A DNA stretch of 64,000 bases from Candidatus Krumholzibacteriota bacterium. GTDB lineage: Bacteria > Krumholzibacteriota > Krumholzibacteriia > Krumholzibacteriales > Krumholzibacteriaceae. The stretch's first letter is position 1, and every line of letters begins with the position of its first letter. The DNA lies in assembly GCA_041309605.1 (NCBI GenBank), contig JBFYZH010000115.1:5824-69823 (forward strand). Reading direction: 5' to 3'. Below are positions 37,400-46,725 of the stretch, in pieces. A model generated the notes under the pieces. The model was given only the letters and a program-made list of their open reading frames with translations, did no database searches and had not been told where the DNA came from. The position numbers and the translations under genes were made by a program.

Positions 37400-39211
37400 G
37401 TGATGAGAAAGTTTTCGATCCTTGTGGCCCTTGCCACGTTTTTCGTCGCGGTCCCTCGGCTTCCCGATGCACGTACGATCGACGTGCTGATGATCGTACC
37501 TCAGGATTATGGGGCGAATTTCCATTTATATTTGGATGATCTGTCGGCGAGAGGCTGGAATGTGACTACGGCGGGGACTTCGAGATCGCTCCGGCCCTGT
37601 CCGACCTTCGGCGATCCGGTAGCCGGGTGCCGGGAAATGGAGGTCGATCTTCTCATCGACGAGATAACGGATATATCCGGGTATGACTGCGTGGCCGTGA
37701 TGTCATCCTCGGCCTGGGTCGACAATCCTTACGGCGATCTTCTGGCGAGCGGGAAACTCCCCGCCCTGCTGAAAGAAGCGGACAGACGGGGGAAGATTAT
37801 ATGGGGGCAGTGCGGGGCGGTGAGGGTTCTGGCGGCGGCGGGAGTGATAAAGGGCCGAAGGGTCGTCGGGCATCCCAAGTTCAAGGATGAATACACGGCG
37901 GCGGGGGCGGAATTCCTGGGAAACAACCATCCGCCGGTGATCGACGGCAATATCGTTACGGGGGTCAGGGGACAGTACTATCACTTCCAGAATTCCAACG
38001 CGGTGATAACGGCCGTGGAACGGATGTTCCCGAAGGGCGATCCTGAAAGCGCCGATAACAATTCCGGCCGGATCGACGAGAGTGTTCTGAACATAAGCGG
38101 CGCCGTCTGGGCGAGGGCTTTCGGCGGCCGGGGATCCGAAGGGGCCGGGGCGGTCGCGCCTGCCGGGGACGGCGGATTTATTATCGCCGGATATACCGAT
38201 TCATGGGGAAACGGTTTTTCGGACCTGCTTCTTATCAGGACCGGGCCGGACGGAAAAAGGAAATGGGCGAAGACCTTCGGAGGGGCCGGCTGGGAATATG
38301 GAAACGCGGTTTGCGCGGCGTCTGACGGCGGGTATATCGTCGCAGGGAGCAGTTCTTCCTGGGGCAAAGGGTCGAGGGACGTTTTCGTTCTTCGCACGGA
38401 TTCCGATGGAAAGGCCCTCTGGTCCAGGACCCTCGGCGGTCCAGGGGCGGATGTGGCGGCGGCGGTATGCGAAACGGGAAACGGCGGGATACTGGTCTGT
38501 GGATATACCGACTCTTACGGCAGGGGCGAGGAAGATGTTTACCTCGCCGGAATGGATGGCGGCGGAAAGGTTCTCTGGACCAGGACGTTCGGATATGAAC
38601 GCTACGAGATGGGAAGTTCGGTCTTCGAAACGGACGGCGGCGATATTGTCGTGACAGGGTCGTCCGGTTCGCCGGAATTGAGCGGGGACAACGCGGATTT
38701 CTACCTTGTCCGCACCGACGCCCTGGGCAATCCGAAGTGGGAGAGAGCCTACGGAAATTCGGTCTCGAAACATCCCTTCGATTTCGGCAGGCATGGAATA
38801 AGGACTCGCGACGGGGGCTGCCTGGTCGTCGGCGACAGCGACGTCAACGCGCCGCTTGACCTTTACGTCCTTAAAACGGATTCCGCCGGAGAAAAGGAGT
38901 GGTTGAAGAATTACGGCGGCAGGTTCTACGAATACGCCTGCGCGGCGTATGAATCCGGGGACAACGAATTTCTGGTCTGTGGAACGAAGATAAATTCCGA
39001 TTCGGGCGACAGGGATATCTACATGGATATCATCGCCCCGGACGGAAGCGGGTTATCGATGATGGATTTCAGGATGGATGGCGGCGACCGGGCCGGGGGC
39101 ATCTGCCCCTCCGGCGACGGAGGTTGTGTGATCGTCGGGCAAACGGAATCCGGGAGAGCCGGCGGGTACGATCTTCTCATAATGAAAGTCGCCGGGCGGA
39201 TGGCGCGGTGA
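37400..39211 (+). CDS. Secreted fusion of a DJ-1/PfpI (class-I glutamine amidotransferase-like) domain with about 7 SBBP-type beta-propeller repeats
   Basis: Signal peptide. 'GQCGAVRVLAAAGVIKGRRVVGH' nucleophile-elbow region of DJ-1/PfpI. Repeated 'GG.G.D.G..V....DGGY.V.G.T.S.G.G..D..L.RTD..G...W..T.GG'. Confidence 0.7.
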   Translation: MMRKFSILVALATFFVAVPRLPDARTIDVLMIVPQDYGANFHLYLDDLSARGWNVTTAGTSRSLRPCPTFGDPVAGCREMEVDLLIDEITDISGYDCVAVMSSSAWVDNPYGDLLASGKLPALLKEADRRGKIIWGQCGAVRVLAAAGVIKGRRVVGHPKFKDEYTAAGAEFLGNNHPPVIDGNIVTGVRGQYYHFQNSNAVITAVERMFPKGDPESADNNSGRIDESVLNISGAVWARAFGGRGSEGAGAVAPAGDGGFIIAGYTDSWGNGFSDLLLIRTGPDGKRKWAKTFGGAGWEYGNAVCAASDGGYIVAGSSSSWGKGSRDVFVLRTDSDGKALWSRTLGGPGADVAAAVCETGNGGILVCGYTDSYGRGEEDVYLAGMDGGGKVLWTRTFGYERYEMGSSVFETDGGDIVVTGSSGSPELSGDNADFYLVRTDALGNPKWERAYGNSVSKHPFDFGRHGIRTRDGGCLVVGDSDVNAPLDLYVLKTDSAGEKEWLKNYGGRFYEYACAAYESGDNEFLVCGTKINSDSGDRDIYMDIIAPDGSGLSMMDFRMDGGDRAGGICPSGDGGCVIVGQTESGRAGGYDLLIMKVAGRMAR

Positions 39212-39478
39212 AACGCTACTTTTTTCGAGAGTTCCGTTGCGGTTTTTCCTCCGAAACGCCCGTCAGCAAGCCCGAAAAAACCGCCGATTTCTTCAAGGAA
39301 AGCCACGGTTTTCATAACTTCCGAGGCGCCACGGAAATGGTCCGTTTTTCCACAAAGTGGCCCTCTATTCTACGCTGAAAACGGCATAATTACGGAAATA
39401 GTACAGCCGGGTCGAAAACTTTCGAAAAACCCGCCCGAGGGTCCTTTAAAAATATTTTTAAAAAGCTCAATTTTTCCC

Positions 39479-39504
39479 TTGATTTTCCGAAAGTTGAGTA
39501 TAAT
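39479..39504 (+). promoter_or_regulatory. Sigma70-like promoter (TTGATT...TATAAT) of the TetR/biosynthetic operon
   Basis: TATAAT at 39499-39504 with TTGATT at 39479-39484 (short spacer), within an AT-rich island. Confidence 0.4.
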
Positions 39505-39514
39505 AATTCCGTCC

Positions 39515-39544
39515 GACTAACCGGTCAGTTCTGACCGGTTAGTC
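39515..39544. promoter_or_regulatory. Perfect 30-bp palindromic operator GACTAACCGGTCAG-TT-CTGACCGGTTAGTC between the -10 box and the TetR start
   Basis: Seen directly. 14-bp arms are exact reverse complements. Classic position for a TetR-family autoregulatory operator. Confidence 0.6.
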
Positions 39545-39553
39545 AAAACGAGG

Positions 39554-40240
39554 ATGGAGAAAGAATTGGTTAAAGGAACCAGAAAAAAAACCGTAAAGAA
39601 GAACAGGGCGGGATCGAAGTCCGAAGTGACCAGGCAGGTCCTGCTGGAAGCCGCCCAGGGAGTGTTCGCGGAGAAGGGTATGGATTCGTCCACAATCGAC
39701 AATATTACCGAGAGAGCGGACGTCGGGAAAGGCACGTTCTATTACCACTTCGAGAACAAGAACGAGATCATACTCGAACTTCTCGGCAGAATAATGGAGG
39801 AACTTACGGAAGCCATAGACGCCAAGTGCCGGGACCTCGAGGATCTCGAGGAACTCATCGACGCGCTGATAAAGGCTCACCTGGAGTTCTTCGCCACGAG
39901 GATGGATGATTTCATCCTCTACTTCCAGGGAAGGGCGGACCTGACGATAAAGGAAGGATACGAAGGCATAGATGAACCGATACTTGCATATCTTGACCAT
40001 ATCGCGGACCTGTTGGACGACGTGATCATGTATCGTCTCAAGAGGAATACATTAATAAGGATAGCGTGGGCCGTGGCGGGATTCGTCTCGGGATATTTTT
40101 CCTTCGCGGTCATTTCGTATGAGGAGGAAAAACTGGATGAAACTCTCGAGCCCGTGCGCAAAGCGCTTGTTGTAGGTCTTTCACGCTTTATAAAGGAGGC
40201 AATACCGAAGATAGCCGAATCACAGCAATCATTATTGTAA
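39554..40240 (+). CDS. TetR/AcrR-family transcriptional regulator
   Basis: N-terminal HTH 'TRQVLLEAAQGVFAEKGMDSSTIDNITERADVGKGTFYYHFENK'. Confidence 0.85.
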   Translation: MEKELVKGTRKKTVKKNRAGSKSEVTRQVLLEAAQGVFAEKGMDSSTIDNITERADVGKGTFYYHFENKNEIILELLGRIMEELTEAIDAKCRDLEDLEELIDALIKAHLEFFATRMDDFILYFQGRADLTIKEGYEGIDEPILAYLDHIADLLDDVIMYRLKRNTLIRIAWAVAGFVSGYFSFAVISYEEEKLDETLEPVRKALVVGLSRFIKEAIPKIAESQQSLL

Positions 40241-40319
40241 TGTCGAGATATAACCGGTTCCCGTCCCATGGACGTGGACAAAACCCGACTGGTCCTTAAA
40301 CAGACAGGAGTCTCATTAA

Positions 40320-40745
40320 ATGCCAGAAGAAAGCACGCTCGTAGCTGAGAAGCCCGCCTCCGGAAGAAATTTTTTCATGGAGGCGGTCGAGCAGAACGTT
40401 TGGGGCATTGCCTCAAGTATCGATATTTACGATTGCGATCCGGAAACCATCCGGGACGCGGAAAAAATAAAACAGTTCGTTCTCGAACTTTGCGAACTGA
40501 TCGAGATGAGACGTTTCGGAGAGACGGTGGTAGTCCACTTCGGCGAGAACGAAAAGGTCGCCGGATATTCGATGATACAGCTCATCGAAACGTCGCTCAT
40601 ATCGGCCCATTTCGCCAACCAGACGAATACGACCTACCTGGACGTATTCAGCTGCAAGCCTTACGACCCGCAGGTCGTCGTGGAATTTGCCCGGCGGTTC
40701 TTCGGGGGCGCATATTGCGCGACCAATGTTACGCTGAGGCGTTAG
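40320..40745 (+). CDS. Small pyruvoyl-dependent decarboxylase proenzyme of the SpeH/AdoMetDC class-1 family (S-adenosylmethionine or arginine decarboxylase-like)
   Basis: 141 aa. 'GYSMIQLIETSLISAHFANQ' aligns to the AdoMetDC self-cleavage/pyruvoyl site (xES-HISxHTxPE). Size and layout are typical of SpeH. Confidence 0.55.
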   Translation: MPEESTLVAEKPASGRNFFMEAVEQNVWGIASSIDIYDCDPETIRDAEKIKQFVLELCELIEMRRFGETVVVHFGENEKVAGYSMIQLIETSLISAHFANQTNTTYLDVFSCKPYDPQVVVEFARRFFGGAYCATNVTLRR

Positions 40746-40749
40746 CCGG

Positions 40750-41781
40750 ATGGTCCGCGCATATTCAGTGACCGATCAGGATGAGTGCCGGGCGCTCTGG
40801 GAGGAGAACATGCCCCGGCAATTCATTACTGACCTGTGGCCCGTGCGGGAATGTTTCCATGGCCGTTTCGGCCGCGATCCCAATTTCATCGTGGCGGAGG
40901 AATCAGGGAAAGTCGTCGGCCTTATTCCGACAAGCTGGGTTCCCGAGAGTCGCTGTTACTGCTATTTCCCGGGCGAGACATGGCACGGAAAAACCTGGCT
41001 CGAACAGAACCGGATCCTCGCGAGGGACGGAAATGTTCTGGGTGAGATGCTCCATTGCCTGGAAGGTTCGGGGGCGGACTATCACCTGAGATACCTTCTG
41101 CCTTTCCGGCAGGGGATTTCCACGGCCGTTTCCGAACGGGAGAAACGCGAAAAAAAGGAATGCCTGCTCGATGAGACAGGCTATCTTTTCCGCGGCGCAT
41201 CTCACGGGCACGATTTCGACCGCTATTTCAGCAGTTTTTCCGGCAAGAGGGCCAAGAAGATAAGGCGGGAAATGGAGGCCCTGGAATCCAGGGATCTCGT
41301 CGCAAGACCCGGCGGACCGGATGATTTCGATACCCTTGTCGGCATGAACATCGACCGGTACGGGAATGATTCCTACTTCGCCGACGGGCGTTTCGCGGGC
41401 GGATTCCGCGACCTGATGCTCCTGCTTGCCGGCAGGGGATGGATGCGGATGACGGTAATCACGGTGGAGGGGCAGCCCGCCGCGGTCGATCTGGGATGCG
41501 TTTTCGACGGCTCTTATACCCTGCTCGCCGGCGGCACCGACGCCCGTTTTCCCGGGATAGCCAAATATATCAACCTCTATCATATACGCAGAGCCTGCGA
41601 GGAGAGATTCGAAACGGTCGATTTTCTGTGCGGGGAATTTGCATGGAAGGACACCTTCCATCTTTCGGCGCGCCCGCTTTTCAAGATTACGAATATGGAC
41701 GAGACCCTTCTCGGCTCGTTCAGCGAAAGCGGTCTGCGGCAAGCCGGGGAAAACGATCCGGCGGAAACGGCCCGGGGTTGA
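40750..41781 (+). CDS. GNAT-fold acyltransferase of the FemAB/CelD-like (Acetyltransf_6) type
   Basis: 'FSSFSGKRAKKIRREMEALE' and C-terminal 'VDLGCVFDGSYTLLAGGTDARFPGIAKYINLYHIRRACEERFETVDFLCG' are characteristic of PF13480-type proteins. Confidence 0.6.
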   Translation: MVRAYSVTDQDECRALWEENMPRQFITDLWPVRECFHGRFGRDPNFIVAEESGKVVGLIPTSWVPESRCYCYFPGETWHGKTWLEQNRILARDGNVLGEMLHCLEGSGADYHLRYLLPFRQGISTAVSEREKREKKECLLDETGYLFRGASHGHDFDRYFSSFSGKRAKKIRREMEALESRDLVARPGGPDDFDTLVGMNIDRYGNDSYFADGRFAGGFRDLMLLLAGRGWMRMTVITVEGQPAAVDLGCVFDGSYTLLAGGTDARFPGIAKYINLYHIRRACEERFETVDFLCGEFAWKDTFHLSARPLFKITNMDETLLGSFSESGLRQAGENDPAETARG

Positions 41782-41785
41782 AATC

Positions 41786-43063
41786 ATGTCCGACAGGCGA
41801 GTGATGGTGGTCGGGACGACCGCCGACTACATAGAGATCATCTCGAATAGATATCCCGGCAGGTGTGTTTTCGTAACCGATCCGGCGGAAAGGCGAAGGC
41901 ATCCGGAAAACGCGCCGGAGCCGGCAGGCGAACTCCTGTGCGACCTGGAGGATGACGGCGCGGCCCGGCGCGCGCTGCCGGATCATCTCGCCGCGCATGA
42001 CATCGAAGCGTCGGGGATCACCTCTTTCGATTGCGAATCGCTCATGCTCGCCGCGCTCCTCGCCCGGTCCCTCGATCTGAAGTTTCCGTCGCCGGAAAGC
42101 GTAGCCGTCTGCCGGTCGAAATACTCCACCAGGAAAAGATGGATGGACTCCGGGGTCCTGTGCCCGGAAACGGCGCTCGTTCGAACGATGGCGGAGGCGG
42201 CCGATTTCTTCGAGAGGACCGCCGCGCCGGTCGTGATGAAGCCTCTTTCGGGAAGCGGGAGCGAGCTTGTCACCCTCTGCCGGGACAGGTCGGAATGCGA
42301 GATCGCATTCGCCCTGATTTCGGAACGGATGGCGGGGCACAAGAACGCCAGGATGTATTCCTCCATCGGGCCCGGGGACGGGAACGATCCGAGGACCGCG
42401 TTCGTCATCGAGGGCTATATCCAGGGAGTCGAGTTCAGTTGTGACTTCGCCATGGACGGACCGGACCTGGAGATCATAAGGATAGCGAGGAAGATACCCG
42501 CCCCCGGCCAGCCCCTGGGCACGACGCTGGCCTATATCCTGCCGTCCGAGCTACCCGGCGGGCTGGATCGAAAGGCACTGGCGGCCGTGCTTCTTAAGGC
42601 GGCGCGGGCCCTGGGCCTGGAGCGGACGATGGCGATGGTCGACATGATCGTTTCCGAAGACGGGATTTACCTGCTCGAGATGACTCCGAGGCCGGGGGGC
42701 GATTGCCTTCCCGACCTGATTATGGAGAGCAGCGGGTTCGACACCCTCGGCGCCGCCCTGGATTTCGCGGAGGGGAAAAGGTTGAATGTGCCGCCGGCCG
42801 GCGCCTGGCGCAGCCTCACCGGCCTGAGACTGATCGCTTCGCGGGAGGGGACGCTGAAAAGGCTCGATTGCGCCGGGATCGCCTCCGACAGGCGGGTCCG
42901 TTCATGCCATCTCAAGCGCGCTCCGGGGGACAGGGTGGTCCTTCCGCCGCTCGATTACGATTCCCGCATCCTGGGGCATGTGATATACGATACTGCGCGG
43001 GAGGAGCGCCGCGATCTCGATATGAAGGAGATCGGTTCCAAACTGGGCGTCGAGATCGTCTGA
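41786..43063 (+). CDS. ATP-grasp family ligase
   Basis: 'PVVMKPLSGSGSELVTLC', 'VIEGYIQGVEFSCDF' and 'IYLLEMTPRPGG' ATP-grasp core motifs. Confidence 0.75.
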   Translation: MSDRRVMVVGTTADYIEIISNRYPGRCVFVTDPAERRRHPENAPEPAGELLCDLEDDGAARRALPDHLAAHDIEASGITSFDCESLMLAALLARSLDLKFPSPESVAVCRSKYSTRKRWMDSGVLCPETALVRTMAEAADFFERTAAPVVMKPLSGSGSELVTLCRDRSECEIAFALISERMAGHKNARMYSSIGPGDGNDPRTAFVIEGYIQGVEFSCDFAMDGPDLEIIRIARKIPAPGQPLGTTLAYILPSELPGGLDRKALAAVLLKAARALGLERTMAMVDMIVSEDGIYLLEMTPRPGGDCLPDLIMESSGFDTLGAALDFAEGKRLNVPPAGAWRSLTGLRLIASREGTLKRLDCAGIASDRRVRSCHLKRAPGDRVVLPPLDYDSRILGHVIYDTAREERRDLDMKEIGSKLGVEIV

Positions 43064-43086
43064 CGGCGCTGCGGATGGCGGTTCAT

Positions 43087-44382
43087 ATGGGAAAATCATC
43101 TTCAAATAATCCTCCGGCGGCCCCCCTTCTTCTGGGGAGGAAGGTTCTCGAGGATCATGTCTCGACGTTCATCGGGCGAAAGGAAACATTCCTCGCCCTG
43201 AGGGCCGGGAACGGGTCGCCCCTCTACATAATCGAAAAGGGCGTCCTTATCGGCAGGGCGGGCCGTTTCCGGGCCGCTTTTGAAAAGCATCTGCCCGGCT
43301 CGTCGTTCTACTACGCCATGAAGAGCAACAACCATCCGGTCGTCGCGGAAACGATTCTGGGCGCCGGATTCGGAATCGACGTGTCGAGCGGGCTGGAACT
43401 TCAGGCGGCGCTCGACCTTGACGCCCCGGACATAATTTTCAGCGGCCCGGGGAAAACTCCGGCCGAGCTCGGGCTGGCCGTCGCAAACGTCGGCCGCGTG
43501 ACGGTCCTGGCGGACAGCTTCGATGAGATACGCCGTCTCGACGCGGCGGCGCGCGGGGAAGGCGTGGTGGCAAGGGCGGGCGTAAGGCTGACCTCCGGCG
43601 AGCATGGGTTGTGGAGGAAGTTCGGGATACCGCTGGAGGACCTGGGGCGTTTTTTCTCCTTGTCGGACGGACTGGAGAACGTTTGCCTGTGCGGCTTGCA
43701 GTTCCATTCGAGCTGGAACATGGACCCGGGCAAACAGACGGCCTTCATAGGCCGGGTGGGGGAGGCTCTTCGCGGCCTTCAGCAGAAGCACCTTCGACGG
43801 ATCGAATTCATGGACATCGGCGGCGGGTACTGGCCGCCGCAGGGCGAATGGCTTCATCCGCCCGGGATAATGGACGGCCTGGAACCGGGGGAAAACCGGA
43901 TGGGTCTCCACGAGGTTCCGGAGCACAGGTGGGTGGCCGCCTCGCCGATCGAGGAGTTCGCCGATTCGATAGGACGGGCCGTCCGGGAGAGGATATTCCC
44001 GTCGATCGATTGCAGGATATGCCTGGAACCGGGGCGGTGGATCTGCAACGACGCGATGCACATCCTGCTGACTGTAATCGACCGCAAGGGCGAGGGCCTC
44101 GTCATCACCGATGCGGGGACGAACGCGATCGGATGGGAGAGGTTCGAGACGGATTATTTTCCGTTGATAAACTTGAGCCGGCCCTCCCTGACCGAGCGCG
44201 GATGCCTCGTGCTGGGATCCCTCTGCACGCCTCACGACGTATGGGGATTCAGTTATTTCGGGGAGGGGATCGGACCCGGCGACGTCCTTCTTCTGCCGTG
44301 TCAGGGCGCATACACATACAGCCTGCGCCAGCACTTCATAAAACCTTTGCCGGAGGTTGTTTTTATCGGAGAATCAAGGTAA
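43087..44382 (+). CDS. PLP-dependent fold-III decarboxylase (Orn/DAP/Arg/carboxy(nor)spermidine decarboxylase family)
   Basis: PLP-Lys motif 'YYAMKSNNHPVV', 'DIGGGYW', 'CLEPGRWICNDA', catalytic Cys region 'GSLCTPHDVWG'. Confidence 0.8.
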   Translation: MGKSSSNNPPAAPLLLGRKVLEDHVSTFIGRKETFLALRAGNGSPLYIIEKGVLIGRAGRFRAAFEKHLPGSSFYYAMKSNNHPVVAETILGAGFGIDVSSGLELQAALDLDAPDIIFSGPGKTPAELGLAVANVGRVTVLADSFDEIRRLDAAARGEGVVARAGVRLTSGEHGLWRKFGIPLEDLGRFFSLSDGLENVCLCGLQFHSSWNMDPGKQTAFIGRVGEALRGLQQKHLRRIEFMDIGGGYWPPQGEWLHPPGIMDGLEPGENRMGLHEVPEHRWVAASPIEEFADSIGRAVRERIFPSIDCRICLEPGRWICNDAMHILLTVIDRKGEGLVITDAGTNAIGWERFETDYFPLINLSRPSLTERGCLVLGSLCTPHDVWGFSYFGEGIGPGDVLLLPCQGAYTYSLRQHFIKPLPEVVFIGESR

Positions 44383-44458
44383 AATTATACATGGGTCGAA
44401 TGGATCGGAGCATAGGGGGGGACAAGGGTAACCATTAAGGCAGGAGAGAAACCAGGAC

Positions 44459-44635
44459 ATGTCGAAATCCCTACCAACCAAGTGTCCGAAATGCGGAAGC
44501 AGGAACATTCAATCGGCCGAATACGGGTCCAAGAAGAAGAGGGTCGTCGTTTATTGCGCCGACTGCGATTATGAATTCGAGATCAGGGGTGGTGTGAAGG
44601 AAACCGACAACCCCTCCCACAAATATGACCAATAA
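44459..44635 (+). CDS. Unlisted 57-aa zinc-ribbon protein (CxxC...CxxC)
   Basis: AGGAGAG RBS 8 nt upstream. 'MSKSLPTKCPKCGSRNIQSAEYGSKKKRVVVYCADCDYEFEIRGG...'. Below the 60-aa ORF-track cutoff. Confidence 0.4.
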   Translation: MSKSLPTKCPKCGSRNIQSAEYGSKKKRVVVYCADCDYEFEIRGGVKETDNPSHKYDQ

Positions 44636-44723
44636 GGGCTGAAGCGATATTGACCGGTCGCTTCGGAGGAGTATTTCCCTGCCTTCACAATGAACCCGGG
44701 CGTGTTGATGGAATGGCTACGCC

Positions 44724-45553
44724 TCATTTCCCGGCGGTCATTCCTTCGACCGCCTCCTCGAGGAGCGCGTTGAACGCGGCCGGATATTCCAGCATCAGAA
44801 AATGGCCGTATCCGGTCATGACCTTCACTTCGAAAGATTTGAACAGTTGCTTTCCGGCCTCGACATCGGTCGGCGGACGGTCAGTGTTGACGGCGGCGAC
44901 GGGAACCGTGACGGCGCCGAAGGCCTTACGCGCATCCAGCCTCAGCATGCTTTCCATCGCCCCGATGCCGACCTCGGGCGGAGCCGAGGCCATGTCGTCG
45001 GCGACCGATTTCACTAGGGTAGTGTCGGCGCCCGCCGGGAACATCGAGCCCACGAAGTTCCTTGTGAAGGATTTGAAGTCGCTTCGGAACTGCTGAAGAA
45101 AATAGTTTATCTGTTCTTCCGCAAATTTCGTCCCGAGATTCTTGAATGTGTCGACCCCGATAATGCCCGTTACGCGTCCCTGTAAAAGCGGGCTCGCAAG
45201 AGCCGCGACAGGGCCGCCCATCGAGTGCCCGATCAGGATGACATTCTTCAGATCGAGGGCCCTGACCACGGCCGCCACGTCGGCGCCGAACGCCTCGATC
45301 GACCAGTTCTCACGTTCGAGACCGGACTTGCCGTGTCCCCCCAGGTCGATGGCGACGACCGTGTGATCCTTCGAGAAATGGGATACCTGGTCCTTCCAGT
45401 AACTTCTGTCGCAGCACCACCCGTGCACGAAGACCAACGCCGGTTCGCCGCTGCCTAAGACCTCGTAGCTGATCGTCAGGCCGTCATCCGATTTGACCGT
45501 CGCCTCGCCGGCAAAAATGCCGCCTGACAGGAAAACCACAAGGAGGATTGTCA
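44724..45553 (-). CDS. Secreted alpha/beta hydrolase
   Basis: Signal/TM 'MTILLVVFLSGGIFAGEA', 'LVFVHGWCCD', 'GHSMGG'. Confidence 0.7.
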
Positions 45554-45640
45554 TCGCCGTTTTCGGTAATATCGCCGTTCTCACTCTCTCACTTCCTTTC
45601 TTGAGTTTCGTGGCGGGTTGCTCAGCTCCGCCTCGACAAG

Positions 45641-45862
45641 TTATTCGGCCCTGCCGTCGCCTTTCCGGTCCGAAATGGCATAGATCAGCCCCGCCGTGCA
45701 TGCCGTTATGCCGAGCCCCAGGAAAAGTCCCTCGAGGAACGCGCCGATCCCGAAGGAGGCGCTGAACCTGCCGAGAAGAAGGGACAGCCCGACACAGAGG
45801 GCGCCGAGCGGGGTGAAAACCTTCCAATGTCCGGTATCGTTGCACGAGCGTCTTAAAAGCAT
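45641..45862 (-). CDS. Small 2-TM membrane protein (73 aa)
   Basis: AAGGAG RBS. Two hydrophobic helices. Confidence 0.4.
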   Translation of the reverse strand: MLLRRSCNDTGHWKVFTPLGALCVGLSLLLGRFSASFGIGAFLEGLFLGLGITACTAGLIYAISDRKGDGRAE

Positions 45863-46014
45863 GGTTTTCTCCTTTTTAAAGCCTCCGTCATGCCATCACG
45901 GCCTCTGCTGCCGTGGCAGATTAAGTAAAGCCGACTTTACAATTTCAATTATACACCGTGCGCGCAATATGTCAAGCACGCTTTACATTAATTTTTATTT
46001 TTTTTGATGGGAAG

Positions 46015-46043
46015 GGAACCCGGAGAGGGATCTTCCTGTCGAA
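46015..46043 (+). promoter_or_regulatory. Candidate ECF-type promoter (GGAAC-N18-GTCGAA) upstream of the second ECF sigma gene
   Basis: GGAAC at 46015-46019 and GTCGAA at 46038-46043. Resembles the GGAAC...CGTC autoregulatory consensus. Spacing is slightly long. Confidence 0.25.
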
Positions 46044-46104
46044 GAGACAGGAAGGCGGGCAGGGTTATCTGGAAAAAGAAGGCGAATGGATGTAAAGTGA
46101 TCTG

Positions 46105-46725
46105 ATGCAGGAACCCGGGAACGATCGGACCGACATGGAGCGGGAGAGCGAAAGGCTGGCGGTGATGTTTCTGGAAGGAGACCGCGAGGCCTTCAACCGG
46201 CTTGTCCTGATGCATCAGGAGATGGTTTTCAGTCTCTGCTTCAGGCTGACAGGAGATTATGACGACGCCGACGATTGCGCGCAGGAGGTATTTATAAAGG
46301 TGCACCGGCACCTCAAGGGATTCAGGTTCGAGTCGTCATTCAGGACCTGGCTGTACAGGGTGACGGTCAACACATGCAGGAACAGGATCGATTCGCTGGA
46401 GTACCGTATGAGAAAAAAGAAGGTCAGCATCTACGCGGGACCGGGGGACAACGGGCAGGCGGCCCCCGTGGAAATACCGGACAGGGGGGAATCCGCACTG
46501 GACGGACTTCGCAGGAAAGAGGTCGGGCGCATCATCCAGAAGGCGCTGGACGCCCTTCCCGGGAGCCAGAAAACGGTGGTCGTCCTGAGGGATATCGAAG
46601 GCCGGTCTTACGAGGAAATAGAATGGATGACCGGGCTCAACTCCGGCACGGTGAAATCGAAGTTGTCGCGCGCCAGGTCGAAACTGCGGGAAGCCCTGCG
46701 GGGGAAGATTGATGAAGAACTGTAA
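46105..46725 (+). CDS. ECF sigma factor (RpoE-like)
   Basis: 'FNRLVLMHQEMVFSLCFRLTGDYDDADDCAQEVFIKV' region 2. 'VVVLRDIEGRSYEEIEWMTGLNSGTVKSKLSRAR' region 4. Confidence 0.85.
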   Translation: MQEPGNDRTDMERESERLAVMFLEGDREAFNRLVLMHQEMVFSLCFRLTGDYDDADDCAQEVFIKVHRHLKGFRFESSFRTWLYRVTVNTCRNRIDSLEYRMRKKKVSIYAGPGDNGQAAPVEIPDRGESALDGLRRKEVGRIIQKALDALPGSQKTVVVLRDIEGRSYEEIEWMTGLNSGTVKSKLSRARSKLREALRGKIDEEL

